Of a stretch of DNA of 64,000 bases, positions 29,502 through 40,568 are shown piece after piece. The DNA is from an uncultured delta proteobacterium. GTDB taxonomy: Bacteria; Myxococcota; Myxococcia; Myxococcales; Myxococcaceae. The stretch covers positions 2,656,001 to 2,720,000 of the forward strand of contig CAWCKH010000004.1 in assembly GCA_963796055.1 (NCBI GenBank). Reading direction: 5' to 3'. Position 1 is the stretch's first letter; every line of letters begins with the position of its first letter. The notes below the pieces were generated by a model, which searched no databases, was not told the origin of the DNA, and was given only the letters and a program-made list of their open reading frames with translations. Both the position numbers and the translations under genes were made by a program.

Positions 29502-30985
29502 AGACGCTCGTCCTTCTCGCCCTCGCCGCCGCGGCGCCCGACGGACCGGTGCGGGTGGGGAGCAAGGCCTTCACCGAGTCGGTGATCGTCGGCGACCTCG
29601 CGACCGGGGTGCTCCAGCGCCGCGGACTGCGCGCCGAGCACGTCCGCGGCCTGGGGGGAACGCGGGTGGTCTGGGACGCGCTGGTGCGCGGCGACGTGGA
29701 CGTCTACCCGGAGTACACGGGGACGCTCGCCCAGGAGATCTTCGGCGGGAAGGTGCGCCCGGACGCGCTCGGGCCGGCCCTGGCCGCGCAAGGCATCGAG
29801 CTCGGACCACCGTTGGGGTTCGAGGACGGGTACGCGCTGGGGATGCGCGAGGACCGCGCGGAGGCGCTCGGCATCCGGCGGATCTCCGACCTCCGCACTC
29901 ACCCGGAGCTCCGGCTCGGCTTCAGCAGCGAGTTCCTCGATCGCGCAGACGGCTGGCGTGCGCTGGAGCGGGCGTACGGGCTGCCCCAGCGGAACGTCCG
30001 CGGGCTGGATCATGAGCTCGCCTACCGCGGCCTCCGGACCGGGGCGCTCGACGTGGTGGACCTCTACTCGACCGACCCGGAGATCCAGGCCGAGCACCTG
30101 CGGGTGCTCGAAGACGACCGGCATCACTTTCCCGAGTACCGGGCGGTGCTGCTGGTGCGTGCCGACCTCGAGCGCCGCGTGCCGGGAGCCAGCGCCGCGC
30201 TGGAGGTGCTCCGGGACCAGATCGACGCGCCGGCGATGATCGCCATGAACGCCCGGGCACGGCTGCAGCGGGTGCCAGAGCCGGAGGTGGCCGCGGCGTT
30301 TCTCCGGGACCGGCTGGGCGAGGGCGGCTCGAGCAGGGCCACGGCCGCGGCGCCTGGTCGCGCCCGCCGCATCCTCGCCCGGCTCGGAGAGCACCTGACC
30401 CTGGTGGGGGTATCGCTCGCCCTGTCGCTCGCGGTCGCGGTGCCCCTGGGCGTCCTCGCCGCGCGCCGGCGCCGGGTCGGGCAGGTGGTGCTGGCCACGG
30501 TGGGTGTGGTGCAGACCATCCCCTCGCTGGCCCTGCTGGTGCTGATGATCCCGCTCCTCGGCATCGGGACGCGGCCGGCAATTGCCGCGCTCTTCCTTTA
30601 CGGGCTCCTTCCCATCGTCCGGAACACCCATGCGGGGCTGGTGGGCATCGCCCCGGACCTGCGCGAGTCGGCCGAGGCGCTGGGGCTCCCCGGGATGTTC
30701 CGGCTGCTCCGGGTGGAGCTTCCTCTGGCCTCACCCTCCATCCTCGCTGGGGTGAAGACGTCGGCGGTCATCGCGGTGGGGACGGCGACGCTGGGGGCGC
30801 TGGTGGGGGCGGGCGGCTTCGGGCAGCCCATCCTCACCGGCATCCGCCTGGCCGACACCGGGCTGCTCCTCGAGGGCGCGCTGCCGGCGGCGGCGCTGGC
30901 ACTGGCGGTGGAGGCCGCGTTCGACGGCGTGGAGCGGCTGGTGGTCCCGCGCGGCCTCCGCCTCCGGCCGGACGAACCGGGATGA
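29498..30985 (+). CDS. Glycine-betaine/osmoprotectant ABC transporter, fused binding protein and permease
   Basis: GSKAFTES, YPEYTGT, YSTD, LEDDRHHFPEY, then QTIPSLAL, LLPIVRNT, GAGGFG. Confidence 0.9.
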   Translation: MKTLVLLALAAAAPDGPVRVGSKAFTESVIVGDLATGVLQRRGLRAEHVRGLGGTRVVWDALVRGDVDVYPEYTGTLAQEIFGGKVRPDALGPALAAQGIELGPPLGFEDGYALGMREDRAEALGIRRISDLRTHPELRLGFSSEFLDRADGWRALERAYGLPQRNVRGLDHELAYRGLRTGALDVVDLYSTDPEIQAEHLRVLEDDRHHFPEYRAVLLVRADLERRVPGASAALEVLRDQIDAPAMIAMNARARLQRVPEPEVAAAFLRDRLGEGGSSRATAAAPGRARRILARLGEHLTLVGVSLALSLAVAVPLGVLAARRRRVGQVVLATVGVVQTIPSLALLVLMIPLLGIGTRPAIAALFLYGLLPIVRNTHAGLVGIAPDLRESAEALGLPGMFRLLRVELPLASPSILAGVKTSAVIAVGTATLGALVGAGGFGQPILTGIRLADTGLLLEGALPAAALALAVEAAFDGVERLVVPRGLRLRPDEPG

Positions 30986-32397
30986 CTGTTCCGCTGTCGA
31001 GCTCGCAGGGGCGCGGCGTGCTCCTGGCCTCCATCGTCGGCTCGGGGATGGCGTTCCTGGACTCGACGGTGGTCAACGTCGCTCTGCCGACGCTGGCGCG
31101 GTCGCTGGGAGCGGACCTCGCCGGGTTGCAGTGGACGCTCGATGCCTATCTTCTGACCCTCTGCGCCTTCCTGCTGACCGGCGGCAGCCTGGGCGATCGG
31201 CTGGGACGAAAGCCGATGTTCGAGCTCGGGGTGCTGGGGTTCGCCGTCGCCTCCCTGCTTTGCGCGCTGGCGCCCGGCGTCCTCGCGCTGGCCCTGGCCC
31301 GCGCGCTCCAGGGGCTGGCGGCGGCGCTCCTCGTTCCCTTGAGCCTCGCACTGGTGCGGGGAGGCATCGACGAGTCGGACCAGGGCGCGGCGCTGGGGCT
31401 CTGGACCGGCCTGTCGGGGGTCACCTCCGCGGCAGGCCCCCTGGTCGGCGGCTGGCTGGTGGAGGCGGTGGGGTGGCGCTCCATCTTCCTCCTCAACCTG
31501 CCTCTGGCAGTGGTCGCGCTGTGGGCAGCGAGGCGCTACCTGCCCGACGCGACCCGGGCCCGGGAGGGCAAGCCGCTGGACCTGGCCGGCGCGGTGACCG
31601 GAGTGGTCGCCGTGGGGGGGATGACCTACGCCCTGATCGAGGGACCGGCGCACGGCTGGACCGCGCCGGCACTCGCCTCGGCGGCCGTCGGCGCAGCGGC
31701 CCTGGTCGCCTTCCTGCGCCTCGAGCGGCGGCCGGACGCAATGATGCCACTGTCCCTCTTCCGGAGCCCGGTGTTCGCCGCGGCCAACGGCGTGACCTTG
31801 CTCCTCTATGCAGCACTGGGCTGCGCCATCTTCCTCTTGATGCTGGAGCTGCAGATCGGGATGGGGCTCGCGCCGCTGAGCGCGGGTCTGACCTTGCTGC
31901 CGGCCACCGTGCTGATGCTCGTGCTCTCCCCACTCTCCGGCCGCTGGGGACAGACGCACGGCGGGCGCTGGCCCATGGCGCTGGGAGCGCTCATCGCCGC
32001 GCTCGGCTTCCTGGCCTTCCTGCTGCTCGCTCCCGGGGCCCGATGGACCACTGTCCTGCCGGGCGGGGTGCTCCTCGGCCTCGGGCTGTCCCTGGCGGTG
32101 GCTCCGCTGACGGTCGCGGTGCTCGACGCGGTGGGTCCGGAACGGGCGGGGATTGCCTCGGGGGTGAACAACGCAATCGCCCGGCTGGCGGGGCTGCTCG
32201 GGGTGGCGGCGGTGCCCTGGGCGGCGGGGCTATCCGGACCGGGGCGGATGCTCGACCCGGAGGAGCTGACCGTCGGCTTTCACCGGGCGACGGTGCTCTG
32301 CGCAGGCCTCTGTCTCGCCGCGGCGGTCGCCTCCGCGGTGTGGGTCCCGTCCCGGAGACCGGCTCCGGGTTCAGCCAGCGGAGCGGGGGAGGCCTGA
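30982..32397 (+). CDS. DHA2-family MFS efflux transporter
   Basis: LDSTVVNVALP, GSLGDRLGRK, GPLVGG, WRSIFLLNLP, ASGVNNA. Confidence 0.9.
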   Translation: MTVPLSSSQGRGVLLASIVGSGMAFLDSTVVNVALPTLARSLGADLAGLQWTLDAYLLTLCAFLLTGGSLGDRLGRKPMFELGVLGFAVASLLCALAPGVLALALARALQGLAAALLVPLSLALVRGGIDESDQGAALGLWTGLSGVTSAAGPLVGGWLVEAVGWRSIFLLNLPLAVVALWAARRYLPDATRAREGKPLDLAGAVTGVVAVGGMTYALIEGPAHGWTAPALASAAVGAAALVAFLRLERRPDAMMPLSLFRSPVFAAANGVTLLLYAALGCAIFLLMLELQIGMGLAPLSAGLTLLPATVLMLVLSPLSGRWGQTHGGRWPMALGALIAALGFLAFLLLAPGARWTTVLPGGVLLGLGLSLAVAPLTVAVLDAVGPERAGIASGVNNAIARLAGLLGVAAVPWAAGLSGPGRMLDPEELTVGFHRATVLCAGLCLAAAVASAVWVPSRRPAPGSASGAGEA

Positions 32398-32432
32398 GGG
32401 GGCCGGCGCGGAAGCCGGCGTCCGATGGCGAC

Positions 32433-32831
32433 TCAGCCGAGGGCCGCAATTCCTGCGCGGGCGACCTGCTCGTCCTCGTGCGAGGCGACGCCGGAGACTC
32501 CCACCGCGCCGACGCACTCGCCCTCCACCTGGATGGGAAGGCCGCCCTGCACCCGGAGCTGCCCGGGGAAGGCGACCAGGGCGGGCCGTTCCTTCACCAC
32601 CTCCTCGAGGGCCTTGGTGGGAAGCCGCAGCATCGCTGCCGTCCAGGCCTTCCGGGTGGCGATCTCCGCGCTCGGAAGTGGAGCGCCGTCCATCCGCTCG
32701 AGCAGGAGCAGGAATCCGCCGTCATCCACCACCGCGATGCTGACGTTCCACCGTCGCTGCTCGGCCTCGGCGCGGGCAGCGTCGATCATCCGGCGGGCAT
32801 CGGAAAGGGAAAGGGCGCGCTTGGTTCTCAT
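32433..32831 (-). CDS. GlcG/HbpS family heme-binding protein
   Basis: SIAVVDDGG, ERMDGA, KAWTA, GGLPI, GAVGVSG, DEQVA. Confidence 0.9.
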   Translation of the reverse strand: MRTKRALSLSDARRMIDAARAEAEQRRWNVSIAVVDDGGFLLLLERMDGAPLPSAEIATRKAWTAAMLRLPTKALEEVVKERPALVAFPGQLRVQGGLPIQVEGECVGAVGVSGVASHEDEQVARAGIAALG

Positions 32832-33004
32832 GCGCGCCCCATAACGCCGTGGACACCCCGGGGGGAAGGGGCGCATGTCTTCATCTACCCACCTGCGGTT
32901 TCGAAAAGCACGAACAGGGCGCGAGGAACGTCAGCCCACGCCCGTACGGTGGGAACCCGCTGATCGCCCGTCCAGGGCGGCTGCAGGGTGAGGAGCGACG
33001 TGCG

Positions 33005-34441
33005 ATGGACGTGTCCTGGGTGGCGGGGACGGGCGTGCTGGTGGCCGCGGCGGCGGCGCTCGGCTGGGTGCTCGGCCGGGCGCGGCTTGCGGCCATCCAG
33101 GCCCGCGAGCGGGCGGCGCTCGAGGCCGCCCACCAGGTGCTGGCGGAGCGGGTGCGGGCCCGGGAGGTGGACCTCCAGGAGCAGGCGCGCGCCATCGCCA
33201 CTGCGACCGCCCGGGCGGAGGCGCTGGAGGAGGCGCGTTCGCGCGCACTGGCCGAGATCGCCGCCGAGCGGGCCGCGCGGGCCGAGGAGCAGCGGGCCAT
33301 GGATGAGAAGCTGCGCCTCGTTCAGGCGACCCAGGAGCAGCTGACCGAGCGCTTCAAGGCGCTCTCCCACGACGCGCTCCAGGCGAACGCCCAGAGCTTC
33401 CTCGAGTACGCCAGGACCCAGCTGGAGAAGACCCAGGAAGTCGCCAAGGTCGAGCTGGATGCCCGGTCGACCGCCATCGACGTGCTCGTCGCGCCCATCC
33501 GTGAGGCGCTGGAGAAGGTGGACGGCAAGCTGGCCGAGCTGGATCAGTCCCGCGAGCGGGCACAGGGTGCGCTGGGGGCGCAGCTCCGGGCCCTCGCCGA
33601 GTCGCAGGATGCGCTCCGCCAGCAGACCGAGCGCCTCGTCGGCGCCCTCCGGGCTCCGAACACCCGCGGCCGCTGGGGCGAGGTGCAGCTCCGGCGGGTC
33701 GTCGAGCTCGCGGGCATGGTGGACCGCTGCGACTTCACCGAGCAGACGCGGGTGGAGGTCGAGGGGGGGACGCTCCGGCCCGATCTCGTGGTGCACCTCC
33801 CGGGCGAGAAGCAGGTGGTGGTGGACAGCAAGGTGCCGCTCCAGGCGTACCTGGACGCGCACCAGGCCGCGGAGGAGGCCACCAAGCAATCGCGGCTCGC
33901 GGCCCACGCCGCCGACGTGCGTCGGCACGTGCGGAAGCTGAGCGAGAAGAGCTACGCCGCCCAGTTCGAGTCCGCTCCCGAGTTCGTGGTGATGTTCATG
34001 CCCGGGGAGGCCTTCCTCTTCGCCGCGCTGGAGAAGGACCCCGAGCTGATCGAGTTCGGTGCCGCCCAGAACGTCATCCTGGCCACGCCCACCACCCTCA
34101 TCGCGCTCCTCCGGGCGGTGGCCTACGGCTGGCGGCAGGAGCAGGTGGCGAGGAACGCCCGGGACATCCAGGCCCTGGGCCGCGAGCTGCACGACCGGCT
34201 GCAGACGGTGGTGAAGCACCTGGCCACGCTCGGGCAGCGGCTCGGGGGCTCGGTGGACGCCTACAACTCGGCGATCAGCTCGCTCGAGGCACGCGCCCTG
34301 GTCACTGCCCGCAAGTTCCGGGAGCTGGGCGCCGGGGGCGAGTCGGACATCCCCCGGCTCGAGCCGGTCGAGTCGCTGGTCCGGCAGCTCGACATCCCGG
34401 CGCTGCCGTCGGGGCGGCGCGGCGGGCACGAAGCGGCCTGA
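33005..34441 (+). CDS. rmuC: DNA recombination protein RmuC
   Basis: N-terminal TM and coiled coil, RGRWGEVQLRRVVELAGM, RPDLVV, DSKVPL, PEFVVMFMPGE, TPTTLIALL. Confidence 0.93.
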   Translation: MDVSWVAGTGVLVAAAAALGWVLGRARLAAIQARERAALEAAHQVLAERVRAREVDLQEQARAIATATARAEALEEARSRALAEIAAERAARAEEQRAMDEKLRLVQATQEQLTERFKALSHDALQANAQSFLEYARTQLEKTQEVAKVELDARSTAIDVLVAPIREALEKVDGKLAELDQSRERAQGALGAQLRALAESQDALRQQTERLVGALRAPNTRGRWGEVQLRRVVELAGMVDRCDFTEQTRVEVEGGTLRPDLVVHLPGEKQVVVDSKVPLQAYLDAHQAAEEATKQSRLAAHAADVRRHVRKLSEKSYAAQFESAPEFVVMFMPGEAFLFAALEKDPELIEFGAAQNVILATPTTLIALLRAVAYGWRQEQVARNARDIQALGRELHDRLQTVVKHLATLGQRLGGSVDAYNSAISSLEARALVTARKFRELGAGGESDIPRLEPVESLVRQLDIPALPSGRRGGHEAA

Positions 34442-34465
34442 GGCGCCCCTTCCGCAGCCGCTGCG

Positions 34466-35635
34466 TCAGGCTGCCTCGAAGAGTGCCGCCGCGCCCATCC
34501 CGCCTCCGATGCACATCGTCACCACGCCGTAACGGCCGCCGCGCCGCTTGAGCTCCCGGAGCAGGGTCGCGGTCAGCCGCGTCCCGGAGACGCCCAGCGG
34601 ATGCCCGAGGGCGATGGCCCCGCCGTTGGGGTTCACCTTCGACCGATCGATGCCCAGCTCGCGGATGCAGTACAGCGCCTGCGCGGCGAAGGCCTCGTTC
34701 AGCTCGAAGAGGTCGATGTCCTTCACCTCGAGCTTGTTCTTCGCCAGCAGCTTCCGCACCGCCGGGACCGGGCCGATGCCCATGATCTCCGGAGGCACGC
34801 CGGCCACCTGGAAGTCGATGAAGTAGCCCAGCGGCTTGACCCCCAGCGCCCTGGCCTTCTCCTCGGACATCACCACCGCCGCCCCGGCGCCGTCGGTCAA
34901 GGGCGAGGCGTTGCCGGCGGTGACCGTCCCCCGGGGGTTGAAGGCTGGCTTCAGCTTGGCCAGGCCCTCCAGCGTGGTGTCCGGCCGGAGGATGGTGTCC
35001 TCGCTGACGGTCACCTCGTGCGGCGTCCCGCCGTCGTCGAACACCTCGGTCTTCACCGGGATGATCTCCTCCTTGAAGATGCCTTTCTTGCGGGCCTCGG
35101 CGGCGCGCCGCTGGCTCTCGTATGCGAAGGCGTCCTGGTCGGCCCGGGAGACCTCGAGGCGCCGGGCCACGTTCTCCGCGGTGGCGCCCATCGAGGTGTA
35201 GATCTCCGGCTGCTTCTCCATGAGCTCCGGATTGGCGGAGACCTTGTTCCCGCCCATCGGCACCATGCTCATCGACTCGGTGCCGCCGGCCACCGCGACG
35301 TCGTACATCCCCGCGGCGATGGACTGGGCGACCTGAGCGATGGACTGCACGCCCGAGCTGCAGAAGCGGTTGATGGTCATGGCCGGCACGCTGTCCGGCA
35401 GCCCGGCGAGGAGCGCCGCCTGGCGGGCGACGTTCATGCCCTGCTCGGCCTCGGGCATCGCGCAGCCGAGCACCACGTCGTCCACCGCCGAGGGCTGGAG
35501 CCCGGGCACGGCGGAGACCGCGGCGCGGATGGCCGCGGCGGCCAGGGTGTCGGGACGGGTGTCCTTGAACTCGCCCTTGAGGGCGCGGGTGAAGGGGGTG
35601 CGGACGGCGCTGGCGATGACGACTCGGGAAGCCAT
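34466..35635 (-). CDS. fadA: 3-ketoacyl-CoA thiolase
   Basis: [42 protein letters not shown]. Confidence 0.93.
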   Translation of the reverse strand: MASRVVIASAVRTPFTRALKGEFKDTRPDTLAAAAIRAAVSAVPGLQPSAVDDVVLGCAMPEAEQGMNVARQAALLAGLPDSVPAMTINRFCSSGVQSIAQVAQSIAAGMYDVAVAGGTESMSMVPMGGNKVSANPELMEKQPEIYTSMGATAENVARRLEVSRADQDAFAYESQRRAAEARKKGIFKEEIIPVKTEVFDDGGTPHEVTVSEDTILRPDTTLEGLAKLKPAFNPRGTVTAGNASPLTDGAGAAVVMSEEKARALGVKPLGYFIDFQVAGVPPEIMGIGPVPAVRKLLAKNKLEVKDIDLFELNEAFAAQALYCIRELGIDRSKVNPNGGAIALGHPLGVSGTRLTATLLRELKRRGGRYGVVTMCIGGGMGAAALFEAA

Positions 35636-35655
35636 GGTCTCGTTCTCCTAACCGA

Positions 35656-38047
35656 CTAGTTCCGGAGCGGCTTGCCGGTCTCCAGCATGCGCGGCGATCC
35701 GGTCCTGGGTCTTCTCCTCGCCACAGAGCGAGAGGAAGGCCTCGCGCTCGAGGTCGAGCAGGTGCTGCTCGCTCACCGGGGTGAACGCCGAGACGTCGCC
35801 GCCGGTGATGACGTGCGCCAGCTTCTGGCCGATGTGACGGTCGTACCCGGAGATCTGATTGTTCACCTGCATGTCGTACAGCATCATGTCCACCGTCGCC
35901 GCGCCGCTCCGGCCGGGGAGCCGGAAGTGCGTGGGCCGCGGCGGCCGGAATCCCGACTCTGCCATTCCCAGCACCCGCGCCTTGGCGTCACCGAGGAGGA
36001 AGTCGCGGTTGAGGCTGATCCCGTCGGCGCGGCCGAGGAAGCCCATCTCCCGGGCCTCCTCCGCCGAGGTGGCCACCTTCGCCGTGCCGATGGTGAGGAA
36101 CAGCTTCTTCAAGAAAGGCAGCGGATCGAAGTCGCGGTCGGTGGCGAACGGGCCGTAGAGGTTCCGGAGCAGCATGAGGTTTCCGCCGCCGCCGGGGATG
36201 AGTCCCACCCCCACCTCGACCAGGCCCATGTAGAGCTCGGCCGCGGCCTGGATGGCGTTGGCTCCCATCGTGACCTCGGCGCCGCCGCCCAGGGTGAGGC
36301 CGAACGGGGCGGCCACCACCGGAATGGGGCTGTAGCGCATCCGCTGGTTCGTGGCCTGGAAGTCACTGACCAGCTTCTCCACCGAGGCCAGGTCCTCGCT
36401 CTTGATGGCCATCAGCAGGGCCATGATGTTGGCGCCGGCCGAGAAGTTCGCCCCGTCGTTGCCGATGACCAGGCCGCTGGCGGAGGCCTCGGCGCGGTCG
36501 AGGGCCCGGTTCATCATCGCGACGATGCCGTCGTCGATGGAGTTCATCTTGGTGTGGAACTCGAGCAGCAGGGCCCGGTCGCCCATGTCCCAGAGCGTCG
36601 CGCTCTCGTTCCCGTCCAGCCGCCGGTTCGCGCGGCGGAGGTGCTCGACGCGCAGGGTGCGCGGATTCTCGCTCACCGGGGCCGGCTTCCTGGCCGGGAT
36701 GTCCCAGGCGGTGTCCTTCGTCCCCTCGACGCCGTAGAAGCTCTCCCGGCCCGAGGCGAGCATCTGCTCCACCCAGGCCGCTGGCTTCAGCCCTAGCTCC
36801 TTCATCCGCTCCACGCCCTTGCGCACGCCGTACGCGTCCCACACCTGGAAGGGCCCGAGGTCCCAGGCGAAGCCCCAGCGGAGCGCGCGGTCGATGTTCA
36901 CCAGGTCGTCGGAGATCTCCGGGATGCGGCGGCTGGCGTAGGCCAGCGTCTCCAGGGTCACCCGCTCGGCGAACCGTGCCGCCTTGTCGGTCCCGGTGAG
37001 CACGGTGCGGATGCGCTCGGCGACGTCGTCGATGCCCTTCGCCGCGCCGAGCGAGTCGAAGCGGACCTTCTGCTGTGGCCGGTAGGTGAGGGTGGCGAGG
37101 TCGAGGGCCTGGATCTCGCTCTCCCCGTCCTTGCCCTTCACCTTCTTGTAGAAGCCGCCGCCCGTCTTGTCCCCGAGCATCTTCGCCGCGACCATCTTCT
37201 TGACGAACTCGGGGACGAGGAACGTGTCGCGCTCCTCGTCCTGGGTCAGAGTGTCGTAGCAGTTCTGGGCCACGTGGACGAAGGTGTCCAGGCCGACGAT
37301 GTCGGTGGTGCGGAACACCGCGCTCTTCGGCCGTCCCATCGCCGGGCCGAAGATCTTGTCCACCTCCTCGACGGTGAGCTCCGCCTTCGGCATGTCGCTG
37401 AGCACCCGCAGCATCCCGTAGGTGCCGATGCGGTTGGCGATGAAGTTGGTCGAGTCCTTCGCCCAGACGATGCCCTTGCCCAGCGTCTCCTCGCCGAAGC
37501 GGGCCATGCGGGCCAGGACGCCCGGGTCGGTGTCCGGACCGGCCACCAGCTCCAGCAGCTTCATGTACCGGACGGGGTTGAAGAAGTGGGTGACCAGGAA
37601 GCTCTTCCGGAACGCGGGCCCCCGTCCCTGGAGCATCCCGGTGACCGACAGGCCCGAGGTGTTGGAGCTGATGACCGCTCCCGGCTTGAGGTGCGGCTCG
37701 ACCCTGGCGAAGAGCGCCTGCTTGACCGCCATGTCCTCCTTCACCACCTCCACCACCCAGTCGCACTCGGCGATGCGCTGCAGGTCGTCCTCGAAGTTCC
37801 CCACCTCGATGAGGTCGAGCGCGGCGGGAGTGAAGAGCGGAGCCGGCCGGAGCTTCTTCATGTTCGCCAGCCCCGCGAGCGCGAACTTGTTCCGGAAGGC
37901 CTTCTTGCTCCGGTCCTCGCCCGGACCGGCCTCCGGCGGGACGAGGTCCAGCATCAGGACGGGGATGCCGGCGTTGGCCACGTGGGCGGCGATGCCGCTG
38001 CCCATGACGCCGGAACCGAGGACCGCGACCTTTCGGATGAGGCTCAT
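35656..38047 (-). CDS. 3-hydroxyacyl-CoA dehydrogenase/enoyl-CoA hydratase (FadN-type); apparent frameshift near the 3' end (~35690)
   Basis: GSGVMGSGIA, SNTSG, THFFNPVRYMKLLE, NFIANRIG, FSAGAN, GLVEVGVGLIPGGGG. The family-typical end MLETGKPLRN* lies in a shifted frame ending at 35656. Confidence 0.92.
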
Positions 38048-38099
38048 CGGAGTGTCTCCCTGCGCGCGCTGACGCGCCGTGTCGGGCGCACCCTATGCG

Positions 38100-38115
38100 A
38101 CTGACTCGATAATCA
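38100..38115. promoter_or_regulatory. Putative operator upstream of the fad operon
   Basis: ACTGACTCGATAATCA, an imperfect palindrome 14/16 identical to 44881-44896. Confidence 0.55.
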
Positions 38116-38133
38116 ACAAGGCCGAAGAAGACA

Positions 38134-38155
38134 GCGGTTTCGTAACGGAAACCGC
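38134..38155 (-). terminator. Hairpin, possible terminator of the 38219-38881 gene
   Basis: GCGGTTTC-N6-GAAACCGC, followed on the minus strand by TGTCTTCTT. Confidence 0.4.
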
Positions 38156-38218
38156 GCCACGGAAGCGGCCAGCCGGCCGTCCCGGACGTCGGGGACGGGC
38201 GCCCGGGAGCTCCTGCCG

Positions 38219-38881
38219 TTAGTCCCCGTTCCAGTCGGAGGCCGGCAGGATCTTCCACCCCGTGTCCAGGCCCCGCGACGTGGTGAAGCGCAAGATCCGC
38301 AGCGGCCAGCGGCGCACTTCCTTCCGCGGGCCCTCGAGGCTCTCGATGGTCATGCGGTGGACCTCGAGGGTGTACGTGCCGTCGGTTCCTGCCTGCGCCA
38401 GCAGCGGGCGAATCGGGTTCTTCGGGTGCCAGTAGACGGGCTTGCTGACCCGGGCGATGTACGCGAAGACGGGCAGCGCGCGGTTGAAGCGGCTCGCCCG
38501 CTCCCGGGTGGGGGCGAGCAGCTTGTTCGCCTCGGCCTCCGACAGCTCCCTGACTTGAAGCTCGTTGCCGAGCGCGCCGGACTGGTTGAGGAGGCTGGCC
38601 AGGGTGGCCCGGCCCGCCTTGTCGAGGTCCGTCATCATCTCCGCGGCGATCAGCAGCTGGGCCGTCTCCCGGCGCACCGGGTCCTCGGCGATGATCCGCC
38701 AGCTTCCAATCGTGGCGATGGAGGCGTTCATCGTCACCCCACCGAGCAACGACTCCCGGGCGGCGTCGTCACCGGTGCCGGTGAGCGCGTCCAGGTAGGA
38801 GCGCGCCACCTGGTGAACGGCGTCCTCCTGCGCGGCCGCGCCGAGGGAGACCAGCAACGTCAGGAGAGCGAGGCGCGGCAC
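38219..38881 (-). CDS. Hypothetical secreted protein
   Basis: Signal peptide (PRLALLTLLVSLGAAA), globular 220-aa body (VYWHPKNP, WKILPASDW), TAAAAT upstream. Confidence 0.75.
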   Translation of the reverse strand: MPRLALLTLLVSLGAAAQEDAVHQVARSYLDALTGTGDDAARESLLGGVTMNASIATIGSWRIIAEDPVRRETAQLLIAAEMMTDLDKAGRATLASLLNQSGALGNELQVRELSEAEANKLLAPTRERASRFNRALPVFAYIARVSKPVYWHPKNPIRPLLAQAGTDGTYTLEVHRMTIESLEGPRKEVRRWPLRILRFTTSRGLDTGWKILPASDWNGD

Positions 38882-39007
38882 GGGGGAGAGAGTGGAATTT
38901 TTACGACAGCACGCGCGGAGGCCTCCAGGCGCGTGGGGAGCAGGATGTAGGTTGCCCCGCCCGCCCCGAGGGCCTAACTCCCCTCGGCCGGGCCGGATGG
39001 AGGCGAC

Positions 39008-39457
39008 GTGAGACACGGAAGACGGTGGTGGTTGCTCCTCGGGCTGCTGGGCGCGCTGGCCGCGGCGCCCCGGGCCGCGGAGGCGCAGGAGTTCGACCTC
39101 GACGCCGGGGCGGACTACTGGACCCAGTCCCCGGGGATGGGGATCTTCTCCTTCGGGCTGGACACGCTCTGGCGCGTGGCACCCGGGTTCCAACTCGGCT
39201 TCAAGCCGGGGTTCTTCCTGACCACCTCGGGTGACATCCCTGCCGGCATCCCGATCGACTTCAAGGTCCGGGTGGACGTGGGGCGGGTGTACGTCGATGG
39301 GTTCGTGGGCCCCTGGTTCTTCTTCAAGGGCGACGTGGCCCGCATCCACGTAGGAATGGGAGCCGGGCTGCGCTTCGGTCGGCTGCTCCTGGGCGGCGAG
39401 GTGTCGTACCTCAACAACGGAGCGACGTTCGGCGGACGGATCGGTTTCCAGCTTTGA
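39008..39457 (+). CDS. Small outer-membrane beta-barrel-like protein
   Basis: Signal peptide ending AEA, alternating aromatic/Gly strands, C-terminal RIGFQL; GGAGG RBS. Confidence 0.7.
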   Translation: MRHGRRWWLLLGLLGALAAAPRAAEAQEFDLDAGADYWTQSPGMGIFSFGLDTLWRVAPGFQLGFKPGFFLTTSGDIPAGIPIDFKVRVDVGRVYVDGFVGPWFFFKGDVARIHVGMGAGLRFGRLLLGGEVSYLNNGATFGGRIGFQL

Positions 39458-39567
39458 GCCTGGACGGCGGCGCGGGCCATCCACATGTCGGCAGGCCGGG
39501 GCAGCGCGACGCCGCCGTGGTGACGGTCGGGCAGCTCGTTGGCGAGCTGCACCCTGGAACGCCCGCG

Positions 39568-40310
39568 ATGGAGGCTGCGCCCTGAGCGGCGCGTGCCTCA
39601 CCGGCGACGCCCGGGACCCCGCCGTGCTGGCGAAGGTCCTCCTCGGCCGCGCACCGTCGCTGCTCCTCACCGACCCGCCGTACTGCCTGCTCACCCGGCG
39701 GCGGAAGGGCGGCGACGAGCGCGAGCGGCGGGCCGGCCGGAAGATCGACGAGGACCCCATCCATCGCTTCGAGGACGTGCGCGCCTACCGCCGCTTCACC
39801 GCGGAGTGGCTTCCGGCTGCTGCCCGTGAGGTGGACGACGGTGGCACCCTGGCCATCTGGACCAACTTCCTTGGCAGGCAGCCGATCCTCGCCGTCGCCG
39901 CGGAGGCGGGCTTCCCGGTGCTCGCCGGCGAGTTCGTCTGGGCGAAGCTGACCACCGACGGCGGGGGAAACGAGCGGCTGGCGCGGGTGTACGAGGTCGC
40001 GCTGGTGCTGCGCCGGGAGCTTCTCCCCCCTCCGGCGCCGGGGGATGCCGCCCGACCGTGGGCGGTGGTGGCGGGCTACGACGACGAGGGCGAGGCAGCG
40101 CGCTGGGGCAGCCACCCCAACCACAAGCCGTTCGGCGTGCTCGAGCCGCTGATCCGGACCTGGTCGCGTCCGGAGGAGCTGATCCTCGACTGCTTCGCCG
40201 GGAGCGGCAGCATCCCCGCGGCGGCGACGCGGCTCCGACGGGACGTGGCCTGCATCGAGCTCGACCCCGGATGGGCGGCGCGCGTCCGGGACCGGCTGGC
40301 CGGCGGATAG
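39568..40310 (+). CDS. Orphan DNA amino-methyltransferase (m6A/m4C, beta-class motif order); 5' end may be frameshifted
   Basis: CLTGDA, TDPPY (motif IV), HPNHKP, ILDCFAGSGS (motif I), IELD. ATG 39568 is out of frame by one base in a C-run; the first in-frame start is 39624. Confidence 0.82.
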
Positions 40311-40329
40311 GGGGGCGTCTCCGCGCTCT

Positions 40330-40521
40330 TCAGCGCTGCCCGCCCTCGGATTCCCTGGGCCGGAAGTACGGGCATTCGCGCACCGGCTGGGGAGGGTACC
40401 TCTCCGGCACCAGCGGGCAGAGGATGAACGTGCTCCGTGCGGTGCGGACGTACCTCGGCGGCGCCGCGCAGCGGTGGCAGAGGCTATCCGGAAAGGGAAG
40501 GGGAACCGGAGGCTCGCTCAC
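40330..40521 (-). CDS. Small Cys-rich protein
   Basis: 63 aa, SLCHRC...FILC...YPPQPVRECPYF (four Cys). Confidence 0.65.
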   Translation of the reverse strand: MSEPPVPLPFPDSLCHRCAAPPRYVRTARSTFILCPLVPERYPPQPVRECPYFRPRESEGGQR

Positions 40522-40568
40522 GGCTCCCCTTCAAGCACGCCCCGGCGCGGGAGCGGAACTGCGGCCCG

